Part shown: one piece after another, positions 39,300 through 52,394 of the stretch
How the letters are laid out: each line of letters begins with the position of its first letter
How positions within the stretch are numbered: the stretch's first letter is position 1
Source: Lama glama
Lineage: Eukaryota
Assembly: GCA_028534125.1 (NCBI GenBank)
Contig: CM052817.1
Span: forward strand, 26,476,001 to 26,540,000
Direction: 5' to 3'
DNA length: 64,000 nt
The notes under the pieces: generated by a model
Told to the model about the DNA's origin: nothing
What the model saw: only the letters and a program-made list of their open reading frames with translations
The model's database searches: none
Translations under genes and position numbers: made by a program

Positions 39300-39760
39300 G
39301 CCCACCTACCATTTCCCTCCATAGTCAGTGTGTTCACCAAGCTGACATGTCATTTCTAAAGTGCTTTTTTCCTAAGCTTAAATTAATCAAGACCAGTCTG
39401 TAGTGTGGCCTTACAGCCTTTTTTTTGTTTTTCTCCCTGATTCATTTCACTTCCTTAAGGAATCATCTTAGTTTTTCAATCTTCCTTTCTTCAGTTTTAC
39501 ATAGGTGATTTGCTGGTGGGAAATGGGGGACAGGGGAGAGGGAAATGGTTCCAAGGGAGAGGATAAATTCAACACAAACCCAACCATGCAGCAAAGGCCT
39601 TTTTCTACCTCTTTTCTGGGAGAGTTTTCATATTGTCATGGCGAGATACGCACGTGCACACACACATACACACACACACACACACACATCACTAAACCCA
39701 CACAAACGAAACCTTCTTTTTCGGCGAAGCCAGCTACAGGAAATTGACTTCTGCACAGGA
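39300..39760 (+). promoter_or_regulatory. RHOH: Putative RHOH proximal promoter
   Basis: Directly upstream of the RHOH exon and repeat-free. Contains ETS cores (cacttcc ~39448, acaggaaat ~39736, acaggaact ~39755), CACGTG 39651-39656 and a (CA)n tract. Confidence 0.6.
39647..39689. repeat. Alternating purine-pyrimidine / (CA)n tract
   Basis: tacgcacgtgcacacacacatacacacacacacacacacat. Confidence 0.9.
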
Positions 39761-40053
39761 ACTTGCTAATCCTTTTTGTCACATTCGGATTGTTCCTGCT
39801 GCCTCAGTCGCCGCTCACACTAAACCCAACCACTGTGGGTTGGAGTCTCCACTGGCCCAACTCTCACGATTTAACATCTTCCAACGTGAATTGGCTATAT
39901 TCGTGAGGAGGAAGGAACTGTCAATCCTAGAAGGAAATTAAAGCCGTGGAAGGCCTTGCGCTGCTTTTGCTTTTACTTACCTGCTCCGAACAAATTGGAC
40001 TTCCGGAGTCAGTCATTTTAGTGTCAAGAAATTTCTTTGGCACTCTATAACAG
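39740..40053 (+). other. RHOH: Non-coding 5' UTR exon of RHOH (start approximate)
   Basis: Sequence (acattcggattg...aacccaacca...ttccggagtcagtcatttta.tgtcaaga...aacag) resembles the RHOH mRNA leader as I recall it. Strong donor CAG|gtaaga. RHOH is the known neighbour directly downstream of N4BP2. Confidence 0.8.
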
Positions 40054-40729
40054 GTAAGACTTTTACTTCTTTAAAAATATTTCTTCAGAGTCAAAAGAAA
40101 TCTTTCCGAATTTATTTAGCTTTTATTATAGGCTAAACATAGCAATTACCCTGTTCTGCCTTTTGTAAAGTATGGGAAAGGGGGGTTTGCTCTGATACCC
40201 AACTACCACCTTCCGCAAGTCCTAACAAGATGCATAGTTTTTGAAACATTAAAAGTTATAGTAGTTGGCTTTTTGGTTTTCCAGATATTCTCCAAGAGAA
40301 TTCATATGCTTGTGACTATGACTTAGCTCAAATATTTGGGTAGTTTAAATATTTCTCCCTGTTTGATGAAGTAAATCTAAAGATTCTCTAAGTTGTACAA
40401 ATATGAGTTTTAAAAATTTCTAATTCAGAAAAGAAACAGAACCAAAATCCACATGATACAGTTTCAGATCTGGAATTTCTAACTTGTTCATTTCACCTAT
40501 TCCCAGTGTAAAATTTCTAAAGGTGGTATATGATGTATAAGTATATATTTTTAAATTCTATTAAATTTGGTTTTTGAGGTGGTTTGATTTGGAGACATGC
40601 TGTGAGGTACCAGTCAGTAGCCTGGGTCTAACTAAATAAAGTTTGGGAAATCACTGGGTTTGGGTTTTTTTCCCCACTAAATTAAAGCTGCCATTGAAAT
40701 ACTCAACTAAACAACAAGTAGTCGATAAT

Positions 40730-41160
40730 CACATATTCATTCTAAGCTAGTGCTGTGGAGGATATGAGAAATGCAAAGAATTCTCTATTTTGAAGGACCT
40801 TCTAATCTAGTAGTTGGGGTAAGAACTAAAATTCAGGAGGTACTACAAGATGGGAATTAAGGGTCACGTTGGGTGGCTGTAGGCTGTAAGAGTTATAGGA
40901 GTTCGGAGAATAAGATTTGAGGGTAGGCTGGAGTTGTCTGGAAGACATGGGCCTTGAAAAGATAAGAGAATTGAGTCGATTGAGGAGGAGGACTGTGTGG
41001 TCAAAGGCACAAAGGCGAGATGTACTGGGAGACAACCAGTCTAGTTGAGGAGATTGGCCTGAGAAAAGAAGAAAGTTAGTTTTACACATGGGCAGAAAAT
41101 AAGCTTGGAAAATTAAGATGTAGACAGATTATGGAGGGCCTTGAGAGGCTGCTGAGGAGA
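40730..41160 (-). mobile_element. L2 fragment
   Basis: caaaggcacaaaggcgag; agattatggagggccttgaga; reverse L2 pattern. Confidence 0.6.
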
Positions 41161-41669
41161 AGAGGCTCTATTCAGTGGTTTTCTGGTCTCTTTGGGCCAT
41201 CAGGCTCTTCTTCCTCCACTTTCGCAGCTCCAGCAGAATTCCATGTGGGGGGTTGCCTGGGGGTCCTCCCTCCTCATGCTTGGGGCTGCATTGTGCATCT
41301 CCGTGTCTGTGACCCTTCACCTCCCTCTCCCCACTCTCTCCCTGAGTACACCACCCATGCCGAGAAAGCCTTGTGTGGCTTGGGGTACCTATAAGACCTC
41401 CATTTCTGGGTACTACATTTTAAGGAGGCCTTTCAATCATCCGGTAATTAAAATGGCTTTCCTCTTGGAAGGACAAGTTGGCTGTCCAATTACAGGCAAG
41501 TCTCTACTCTTCAAACACCAGAACAAGAATTCCATGAACTATGTATGGTTTCCTTTGCGTGTCTGAATGAGAGGTTGTGGATTTGCTTCCGCTCCTTTCC
41601 TAATGATTCGGAGCACTTTTTTTTTTTTCCTGAGCCAAGAAATATCTGTGTTCACGTAATAACAAAGAT

Positions 41670-41942
41670 ACAGCGTGGTGAATAAGAACCTAGACTTTGG
41701 AGCCAGATTGCCTTGTGTTGAATCCTGGTGCTCTTGCTTCTGATCTATGAGAACCTCAGACATGTTACTTAACTTCTTCAATCCTCAGATATTAAAAATC
41801 AAAAATCTGTAAAGTAGCTCTAACAATAACCAGAAATATCTACTCCAGAGGGTTGTTGTAGGGATAAAATGAGATAAAAATATGTAAAGCATTTAGCCTA
41901 GTGCCTGGCATAAAATAAACTCTCAGTAAATATAGCTATTAT
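41670..41942 (+). mobile_element. MIR SINE (near full length)
   Basis: agactttggagccagattgccttgtgttgaatcctgg...atgtaaagcatttagcctagtgcctggcata...agtaaatatagctatt. Confidence 0.9.
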
Positions 41943-43029
41943 GAGTCTTACCAAGGCTGGGAACATTAGAATGAAGATAATATATGGTCACTGGCTTGGG
42001 AACAAGATATCTGTAAAGTGACTTTTGTAATTCCAGTAAAGTGGGGGTGAAGGTAGAGGCTGGGGATTAATATTTTTGGAGCACCAAGCATGGATTAGGC
42101 ACAGGGCTGGATGTTTTATAGCAAAAAATGCATATGAAAAAAGGAAAACAAGATTAGAAATTGATTTTTTAAGCCTTTCCATAGCAAATTCTCACTTAGA
42201 GGACAACTCTCTGAGTGACTGCTGTGTTATTTGTGGACATCTGTGGATAATGCTCTCTGAATGCTCTGAGTGGAATTATAGAGTACTTGGAGTTAGAGGC
42301 AAGAGGGTGACTCTTCTTCCTTGGCCAGTTTAAGTTAAATTATTTATTTTATGTTATATATTTTAATTTTAGTGTTAACAAGGAACAGCTAAAAAAAAAA
42401 ACACTTCTATTCAGGAGTTGGGACCGTTTTGACAATAAATAACCAAAGTGCTTATTTGGGTTCTGGATGCTTGGGTGTGGGTGAAAGCCAAGATTAAAAA
42501 GCACCCTGCTTTCCTGTTCCACTCTGTTTTCAGATCATAGATTCTTTAGGATTAGTAAGTGGCCTTTAAAAATGCAAATATGATTTATATGCTCATTATT
42601 CAGAGGACTCTCAATTATACATGTAGATTACTTTGGTCAAATCATAATACTGTTTTTCTTTCTAGAGCCCCACTAATGTCATGAGGGAGGAGATCTGGGG
42701 GTTCTTTGTATGGAAGGGGGTGGACACAAGTCAGGATGGGGCGGCAAAGTGGAGTCTGCTGGCAGGCAGCAGGGCAGTATTGAGTCTGGGTTGGGCAGTG
42801 AGAGCAAGGGGGTGCGGGTGGCAGAGATGGAAAGGGTGAACAGAGAGAGGGCAAGGTGCCAGAATTAAGGCTGCCCCTCTGCGGCTCTTCAGTCATTTGA
42901 CTCCAGCAGTTGCTTGACTGTCCTGAGTAACTTCTCGATGCCTTAAATAAGACATTGTCATACTGTTGTTCCCTGGATGTGGACCACAGTTCAGAGATGG
43001 TTTGATTTGTCTGGTTCTGGCCTAGAATC

Positions 43030-43200
43030 GTAGTTCCTTTAGCTGGCTGGACATCAAAACCCCTTGGAAAGCTTTTCAAAAATACCAATTCTCATGTATC
43101 ACACCCAGCCCTGGAGTGGGGTCCAGGAATCTGTATCATAAAAATGCAAATGTTTTTCTTCCAGGTGACTTGTTGTTGTTCTACAGGTGAGCATCTGGGA
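43030..43200. mobile_element. MER5-like hAT element
   Basis: ggctggacatcaaaaccccttggaaagcttt...caggaatctgtat...ccaggtga. Confidence 0.55.
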
Positions 43201-44108
43201 GCCATTAATCCAGAACTCTCCTACCAGGGCACCAGGCACTGAGATGGTAAGTTGAGTAAGTGCTGAAATGAGGTAAAATGATCTTCCTTCTATTATGAAT
43301 AATAACGTCACACAAAAACATTTTCTTTTGTTTAGAATTTATCTCTTAGGAGAATTCCTGGGAGTGGGATGATTCAGTCAAGGATGTGAGCATGTTTAGA
43401 GTCTTTGTCAACTGTACTTACATTTTAACAAGCAAATGTGGGGTGCCACTTAAAAATTCTAAAGTGTTCTATACATGTAGAGGCTATTCAGTAGTACTCA
43501 GAGAAAGCCCAAATAAAAGAATTTGCTTTCCTGGGAAGAAATGCCAAACCACTCTATGTCTCTTTTTCAGTAAAACAGAAAACTAATAAATTACTTTTAG
43601 AAGAAAAATTCCAAGCATTACAGAATGCTCGATTGCTTATTAGAGCATAAGTTAGAGTCTTCTTATCACTACACTTGTTTCTTGTAAAGTTGAAGTCAGC
43701 AGTGACCTCTTCCCCATTTCGTAGAAAAGAAAACCAAGGAAGAGAGTGGTTAACATGGTTCTCATCACATTTGCCATGAGAACTATATACAGTCATCCAT
43801 TCATTGTTTGAGTAAATCAATGGGTGAGTAGTTGTTATAGGTGATCCATGGAAACACACTAGTAAAATGAACACATGAAGCGAGTATTGTCCGAATTGGG
43901 GGAGGATGGGCAGAATTAATTGATCCAGGTAGACCTCCTGCTCTATCTTTTTTTGTATTATGTTTTATTCATTATGTGTTATCATAATCTGCTAACTGAA
44001 AAGCATGGTTATTGCTTGTGACACAGATGGAATAAGATGAATTTTCAATGACTTCAATGTAAAAAAAAAAAAAGATATGCTTTTGCAAAATACCAAGTAA
44101 GATATATC

Positions 44109-44547
44109 CAGCGGTGTGCAGGAGCCTACCTGTATTTGCTTGCAAGAGCTGATGGTAATATTTCCAGAAATTTCACAAGCCAGTGGTTAAACACAATCAC
44201 TATTGAAAATTTAAAAAAAATTCTATAAATCACAATTACATTAATTATATTAAAAATAAAGGTAATACCCAAAACTCATTACTTCCCAATTATTTACCAC
44301 ATTTGACTATTATCTATGCTCTTGAAGTTAGCTACTCCAGATTATCTGTGTGAAACAAATATTATACAATGGCATGCTATTAAGCATCTCTTTCCAACTC
44401 TGCATTGTGGTGTCACATTTGTAACCTGAAACTGGCCATGGTAGGACTATTTACACCACAAAAATTGGCTAACACTGTAAATTAGGCTCTCCACACTTTT
44501 TTTTTTAAGGCAAGGCTATTAAGTAAACATTTAGCAGCATATCACTG
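44109..44547 (+). mobile_element. hAT-Blackjack MITE, MER63-like
   Basis: Terminal inverted repeats cagcggtgtgcagg ... gcagcatatcactg with an AT-rich interior. Confidence 0.8.
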
Positions 44548-45259
44548 AGGAAATGTGTAAAATACAATCATGGCAACTTGGCAATATGTGTCAAGAGCCA
44601 TTAAAATGCTCATATACTTTAATCCATTAATTCTACCTCTGGAAATTTATCCTAAATAAATAATTTAAAGAAGGAAATAATAACATGACAAACACATTCA
44701 CTGTATTGTTATTATACCAGAAAAATCTGAAAATATTAAGCAAAAGTGATTCTGGCAGCACTAACTTCATGGAATATTTTGTGGTCATTACAGGTCATGG
44801 TTATAGTTAGGATAGTTATGAAGATATATTTGATGTGATGTTGAGTTAGAAAATCAGGACTAAAATTTGCACTTACATTCTGGTTTCATTTTGAATGAGG
44901 ATTAAACATGCGTGTAAAAAAATGAAAGCTTTTGGTGTGTTAGAACGGTGAAATAGTAGAATTTTGCTCTTACTTCATGCATTGTAGGTGTGGTGTGTGT
45001 GCATTAAAAAAATGTGGAGAAAGCCTGTAGATAAGTGATCTTAAGTAGTTTTAATATTTAAAGGGAAGGCTTTGAGGAGTTTTGTGGACCAGATGAGGCT
45101 TGCTTTTGCCATGTAGATGTGGACAATGAGTCCCTGGGGAGGGTACAGTAAAGGGAGTTAGGATCCTGGCAGGCTGGAGTGGTGGATGCTAAGGAGGTTT
45201 CATTAGGGCCACTCAGGAAGAAGAGATTGACTGTGTATGAGAAAATAGTTCTTCTAAAT

Positions 45260-45460
45260 CACAAGTTCTCACATTTTAGTGTGTTTAAGAGTCACCTGGA
45301 TGGATGGGGTCCATGGTAACAAAAGTGGCTTCCATCTCCATGGATTCTGATCCATTTGGTCTGGAGGCCAGCAGGAATATGCATACTTAACAAATACTCC
45401 CATCTCATAAAGATTCTGATATAGACGGTCTGCAGATCATCCTCTGAGGAATACTTCTGG
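45260..45460. mobile_element. MER5-like hAT element
   Basis: gttctcacattttagtgtgtttaagagtcacctgga...gattctgat...tgcatacttaacaa. Confidence 0.6.
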
Positions 45461-45497
45461 ATTAAAGTTAATAATTTGGGTTGGCCCGGGGAACGTG

Positions 45498-45503
<6 letters not shown>

Positions 45504-45530
<27 letters not shown>
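45504..45530. repeat. (TG)n microsatellite
   Basis: About 13 TG units. Confidence 0.9.
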
Positions 45531-46447
45531 TTGTGAGTTGAGGGGTGAGCCTGTTACCATGAGGCTTAGGATCGAAGGGCTTACGATGTAAAAGAGATGT
45601 GACGACAGAGAAAACCGAGACCAGACAAGTTATTGTGTTGAATCTGTAGAAAAAAAACTAAAAACAGGAGGCCGTACTTGTAATACTTCCTTAAAGGGGA
45701 ATACAGTTTGCGCCACAAAATTCTCCTCTACTGTTAAGTAACTGCTGTCAAGTATTTGGAAGTAGCTGTAAACAGGGAAACTACACAGGGGAAGCACAGA
45801 GATAAACGGTCATAGGGAGAGTCAAGGACCCATGAATACTTTATATCAAATCACTGGGAGGTGGTAATCAAGAATGAACCTGAGATATGCGGTGCTACAC
45901 TCAGAACACATTTGGGCCTTGGTGTATGATAATATCATGTTAAAGAGGGATAGGAGTCTAATTTTTGATGAAATGTAGTACTTTATGTATAGAACTATAG
46001 CACTCAAAGTAGTAATAACAATTAGACACATGCTGTGGCAACAACTTATGTACCACAGAACAAACATGTTGGAAGTAAATATTGCAGTAGCAGAAGCCAT
46101 GGTCCCGAGACTACGTACTCCCCCTGGCTTTAGAACTTTAGTGATAGTGGTAAGCTCTCAAATCACCTTTAACATCTTGGATTCTTACACCTTTACACTG
46201 AAGGTTCATTAACTTCAAAAAAGGTTTCATATTCTCTATCATCGGGGTCGCTAATCTCTTGGGACATGACCTGATAAATCAAGGACAAATCAACAGTATT
46301 CCTGAGCTTGGAAGGCATAACTGAATGTCTGTTGGATGTGCAAGGGCCCAGCACCCGAAGTCAGACCTCTTTCTACCAGCATCTGCTGACTGTCCTGTTC
46401 CCCACTTAACAGGGCTTTGCATGGACTAATTGGCTCACACTTCAGAG

Positions 46448-46638
46448 CAGTGTTTCCTAATCACTTTTTTGGCCGCAGATTCCTTTGAGAATCTGATGAG
46501 CACCAAAGACCTTCTCCCTGAGAAACAGCACATGTCCAGGGACATGCACGTTTACCATACACTTTTAAGAGATTTAGGGATCCTGTAAATTGTACCTGCC
46601 AACTTTCTGTAGTCCAAAATCACATTAAGAAATCTTGC
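46448..46638 (+). mobile_element. MER117-like hAT-Charlie MITE
   Basis: cctttgagaatctgatga...ccttctccctgagaaacagcaca core with decayed termini. Confidence 0.65.
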
Positions 46639-49600
46639 CTCAAGGCTATCAATACAGCAGAGGGAGACTTGCAGGGGTTGAGAAAGTTCTGGTTATTGCT
46701 GATGTCAGATTTAGTTGCTAAAGACAAATACTGACTCTCCGGTTGATGGCGAACATGACGACAAGATGGCGGATAGTGTGTCATTTTACAGCACTGCATG
46801 CTTACGTTGGGTAAACATGCAGGGCTAGAGCTGGTTCTTCTCAGAGTACATAAGATGAATGTTCTAAGTCCTAATTCTGAATTCTCTTATGTGAAGCCAG
46901 GATCAGTTCCCATTTGAGAAAACAGTCTCTAATTCTACTTTAACGCCTTCTTTACTGTCATATTGTACCTTGGATGGCACAAGAAATGCAGGCAGGTTGT
47001 AAAAATCGATCTGGCCAACTCCAGAGCGTGGTGAATGGTACTCAGGGACTACTGGGTACCCAGCCAGGCTGCTTTTAGAGGTGAAGGCATTAGCAAGTGT
47101 GTAATGTACTTGCTTCTGAGGGTAAAATGTTGGTTTTTCTATCTGAAGCTAAACATCTGTTTGGGCCCTGATGACTCTGGAGATAGTCCTTTTCCTGTGT
47201 AGTCTTTAGACCACAGAAGCCCAGTTGGCCATCTTCTGTTAGTGGGTACTTGATTTGCAATTCAGGGAACTGGCTGTTTTCAGCAAAAACTCTTGGCTTT
47301 GTTAATCTCTTGTCCACCTGAATGGTGATAAGGGCTTAGGCAGGGTGTCGAAATTTACCCCAAATCCGTCTGTTTAAATTAGCCAACTCTGTTAAAAGTG
47401 ATAAAACCATATTATCATGTCATGTTAATAGAGTGAGGGAGATAGAGGATGGGGAGGGGAAATTCACCTTGTCTTCAGCCCTCCAGAGAAAAAGTATGTG
47501 CAACTGGCAAAAAAAATGAGTCAGGCTTCTCTTAGTCTGGCATGGTGTAATGTAGAAAAGGAAAATCCGTAACAAATACATTCCAGTAATTAGTGACCTG
47601 ACCTTCTGCAACCATTTAAAGTATTGTACACCATGACTAGTTCTTCTCCCAATTTCAATTCAGTGTACTCAATCTATTTTTCAAAGTATTCAGTGTATTT
47701 TAATTGAATACATTTAATGCATTTAATAGTAATACTGCATCAAAGAATCCTCAGTTATAGCCCATGAAACAGAAATATTCCACGTACATCACAGGCCAGT
47801 GGCAAACTCTCCACCCCTCTTGTCTCCTGGAGACTGCATCCCCTGCGTGGCATTGAGCCTAGCAACCTAGTTGCTTATATGAGGAACCAACTGGCGTATA
47901 TCTCTGCCTTGATGCTTTTCCCTTCTTTCAGAGGATCCTTTCTTTTGGGCAGGATCTCTACTTTGCCTTTGCTTTCCCCTAGTGCTACTCCAGCTGTTGC
48001 CTTCTTGAGTACTTCTAAATACACATATCTTATCATGACCCTATTTCTCAATTGCCACAGAAAATTCTGCCTGCTTTTGTTCCAATCGTGAGCTGAAAAT
48101 GATCTCAACTATAATTGAGAAGTGTAAGAACGCCTGTGATGATTCCTTATAATATGGAAAAGGAAAGCCATATATTTGGATTTAAATTTAAATTTAATTT
48201 AAATGATTTAAATGATGTAAAACCACTGTCATCAGCTACAAAAACACTTGAGGTCTAGAAACCCAGTTGGTATACTTTTTTGGTGGTAAAACCTGATTTT
48301 CCTCAAACCCCAATGTCTTTGGGCAGTAATTTGCTGTAATTTATGTTGATAGTCTTTCTTTCTCTCTTCCTTTTCCTGAGATAAGCAGTAGAAGAGGGTG
48401 TTGGACGTATATACAGGAAATAGGAGACTAAAAGGCAGAAAAACCTTACATGTTGATGGTACCACAATTTCCTACATTTACTAAGATGATATTGTCACTA
48501 TATTCCTATACACAGAATATCCTATAATATCAGAGAAATATCTGTAATAATGTTGACTTTAAAAATATAATAGTAATACACTCTTCATTGTAGCAAATGT
48601 GGCATATGCCTTTAACCTAAATATACATGTATACATTTTATTACTGAGTACTCAAATTTTTTCATTTTAAAAACACCATCATGCTAGTGCTTTCCATCCA
48701 AAATGTGCAGAATCTATAGAAAGAAGCTTAAAGTAAACATTGCTTCTTAATATAATAGAAATACAGCTGATGTTCAAATGGATCACTTGAATTAATGAAT
48801 GGCAAGCAACTATGGTATCTTTTCTGAGTCCTGTAACTAATTTTTCTTTCTTTTCATCCTCTGCATCTCAGGAAAAGCGATTTCAAAATGTAGACTGTGA
48901 GAATGTTTCTATTAAATTTTACAGCCATGAAGATACAGAGACAGTTTTGGCATGGCAGCCAGAGAGTTCTATGTAAAACTTGGACCAAAAGTTCAAAACC
49001 CAAACCAACAGTTTTGGATTTCCCCAAGGGCTACTCAGTTGACATGTCACCCAGGAAAGGCCCAACACACACAGATATGGAAGGAAAAACAAAAGTTTCT
49101 CTTCCAACAGGGGCTAGACTCTTGTGGTTTTCAGTTTAGAAACTAGATTGTGCAATTGTTCTCATGAAAAAAAGTTAACAGCTCTTCAGCTTAAGCTCGT
49201 GTTCAATTTTTTTTTTCGACCTGCGACCAGTCAAACGTATCAAGTTATATTATCTTAAAGCTTCCTTTTATTTACTGGTCCTTTCTTTAGAGGGCTGAAA
49301 TGATTGTACTTTAAAATTTTTCCTACATTCATTCACACTATGTGGAGGTGATATATCCTTCCTTTATATATTTGGTCATGATTGGCCTTATTTCTCAACA
49401 GGTATGTAGCTCATTATTTTATCTACCAATTATAATTACTTTTCACTTCTTTTGCCAATTTTGAGAGTGCTTAAAAATTCCTAAGTACTAGATCTTTAAC
49501 AAGTTAATGACTAGAGTAAGATGCAGGATAAACAGTAAGACAAAGTTACTTGCCTTCACATTCTTTTATAGTCTGATCAAGAACTTTTAGATTCTTTATC

Positions 49601-51019
49601 AAGTTTTTCCTTTTCTTATAAAATATTGGTGAAAGTACAATCTATAAACAATATCACCAGTCAAGGGAAAAAAATTCAGTGATTCTTTCTTTTCACCACT
49701 TAATATGCTCTGGTCTAAATTATTATTTTGAATTATTTTAGATGGCTCTAGAAGGGCTTCTTTTCAGAAAAACTGCAAGTAACTAGGCAGGATGAATGAG
49801 TAGCTTTAAAATGTTCATGTCCTGTGGCTACTTCTAAGAATTATTCCTAAGAAAAAAATAAGTGTTTTATTATAAAAGCAAAGATTTTCAACATGATTTT
49901 TTAAATAATAGAAAAACCTAAAAATCATCTAAAATGTCCAACAGAAAGATATGATTAAATACATTATACTTAAGCCTATTAAATATACATTAATATATTT
50001 TTTGAAGAATGTTTAATAAGTGAAAAACTCAGAGCACAAAATTATATATATTTGTTTTAAAAGATCTATGTAGTTTTTGTACATGAATTAACAATATGGG
50101 GGTAGATGAACCAACATGTCAAAAGTTATCCCCTAGTGTATGAGATTACATATAATTTTAAACTGATTTTTATTTTTCCTGTATTTTCTGTGATTTGCAT
50201 GTATTATTTTTATAATAAAAAGTTCAAAAATCTTTATTAAAAGAAAGCCAATTTATGGTGTGAGGTTAATAGTGAAACTAATAAAATGATTTTGATATAA
50301 GAATTATTTTGACATTTTTAAAAACCTAATGCTTGAAAGCCCTAAAGCTATAATTAAATTTTATCTTTTAAGATTTTGAGGATCTTTAGATTTAGAGGGC
50401 TCTTGAGTCTCTTTTATCTTGAACCTTGATAAGCCATAGAAAAATCACTTTTAATGAGAGATGTTGGAGTGTGTGGGGTGTATGCTTTTAAAATAAGAGA
50501 GAATTAGCTTTAGCTAGTGTCAGAATTTAAGTAAAATATAAAATATTCAAATGATGAATATAGATGATTATTTAGAATTTTTAACATGTGAAAAGATTCC
50601 CAAAGGGGTCCTTTAAGAAGCACATTCCTTATGCATCTTAAATATTTAATTTAGAAATAATTGACTTTCAAATATTTTGAAAGACATACCTACTAGGCAA
50701 ATCATTATATATTCATTTTGGTATAAAGTAGGAAAATTATCTTGAAGCCTTTCATGGCCATTTTGCTACACAGTAAAATCAAATATCTCAAAGTTTGTTC
50801 AATTCAAATGCCAAATATTAGTTGGAATATTTTAAAATTTGAAAGGTTGATTAGTGACGGGGAGCATTTTCCTTTTAAACAAGAGTGAAATCTCCTGTTT
50901 GCTTGTGTAATACTCTTGATCATACTTTATGTCTGTTTTTGTTTGTGCTTCTCTCTGGCTTCGGTTTAACAATAATCCACGGTCATGTCAGACAAGCTGC
51001 TGCTCATGAGACAAGACAC

Positions 51020-51871
51020 CACATCAGTTAGCAATACTTTCAGCTCCAAGTTATACAATCCCCGACTAACAGTAACTGACAAAAATCCGGATTCATTTCT
51101 CCCACGTAACAAGAAGTCTGGAAGTCTGTGTTTCTGCCACTGGTTCAGTGGCTCAATGATTCTGCCCCCATAGTTCTCAGGTCTTTCTTTCATCATGGTT
51201 GCAACATGCAGATTCCAGCCTTGTCCTCCGTCGAAGATGTGGAGTTGGGTGGAGGGGGAAAGGAGGCTGACCTGGCAGTGGCTGTTGCTTTTTCTAGGAA
51301 AACAAGAGTTTTCCCAGAGAGCTCCCAAACAGGTATCAACTTTCTTGTCATTTCTACGACTGGGCTATATGGCCAGCCCAGCTGCAAGGAAGGTGAGGGA
51401 ACAGGAAGTAGAATTGTTAAAATCGCCTTAGACCAGGCATCCTCTCCCCGGGGAGGGAGGGTGAGGACTGTGGTCAGAGTAGAGGGGTGGTGTGGAGGAT
51501 GGGGTGAGGGTGGATGGGGTGGTGCTGTTCTCCTCCCTAAGGGGGAGAATGTTGTTTATTGGTGGGGAGGTAAGGCAGAAAAAAATCTTACTCTTTTTAT
51601 GGATGAAAGCACAGATATACATACAATACATAAACAGACGTGATATATATATGGTATTAAAATTTCATACGTGGGGTAATCTAGGAAAAAAGTGTATGAA
51701 AGTGCTCTGAGGCAGGTAATAATGAAAAATAGTTTGAGAAATAGTGACCTAGACCAAGCATGATCCATTGCCTGAGGGTTTGCACATTGCATTACAAATA
51801 AAATTGGATTCTATTATTAATGACAAGGAGAAGCACAGATATTGAGTAGAAAACTAATAGTGCCTGCCACA
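51020..51871 (-). mobile_element. MaLR LTR (MLT1K/L-like), interrupted
   Basis: tcagttagcaatactttcagct...cacgtaacaagaagtctgga; agctgcaaggaagg; terminus tagtgcctgccaca. Confidence 0.7.
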
Positions 51872-52132
51872 GATAATGTCATAAGTTAAATTAAAGAACA
51901 ACTTACATTATCTTGTAATTGGTGGCCTTCTCTCATTACAATGTGAATTTCTTAAGAGTAGGAACTATCTTCTGTTCATCTTTGCATATTAGTACACTAG
52001 GCCCTCAGTATATGTATTTTGTAAGTTGAATGGAACAAGTCATGTTTTACCTAATATATGTTTTGCAGCTGGACCAATGACCCCCAAACGCTAATTTGAA
52101 CATATCTCCCTACCAAAGCATGCATTCCTTGC

Positions 52133-52226
52133 CTAGAGTTGCCAGACCCAGCAAATAAAAAAATAAGATACTAGTTAGATTTTGAATTTCAGATAAATAG
52201 ATTTTTTTAGCCTAAGTATGTTTCAT
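52133..52226 (+). mobile_element. MER53-like hAT fragment
   Basis: tagagttgccagac..agcaaataaaaa...ttgaatttcagataaa...taagtatgt. Confidence 0.65.
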
Positions 52227-52394
52227 GGCCTTTGGTAAAAACAACCCTTTTTGAAGAATGAATTAGAAAAAACAGACATGTGGGAAATATCTGATACATA
52301 ATCATGCTTATTGGCAAGCTGCTTTAATAGACATTGAGAACTTGCCTTTACAAGGGGAAAATGGCACTTTGGAGAAGTGAAGGTGTTGATTAAA

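Noticed and set aside
51128..51643. 171-aa ORF, and the 164-aa ORF at 59220-59714
   Set aside because: They run through MLT1 or L2-like remnants and compositionally biased sequence, with no homology I can recognise.
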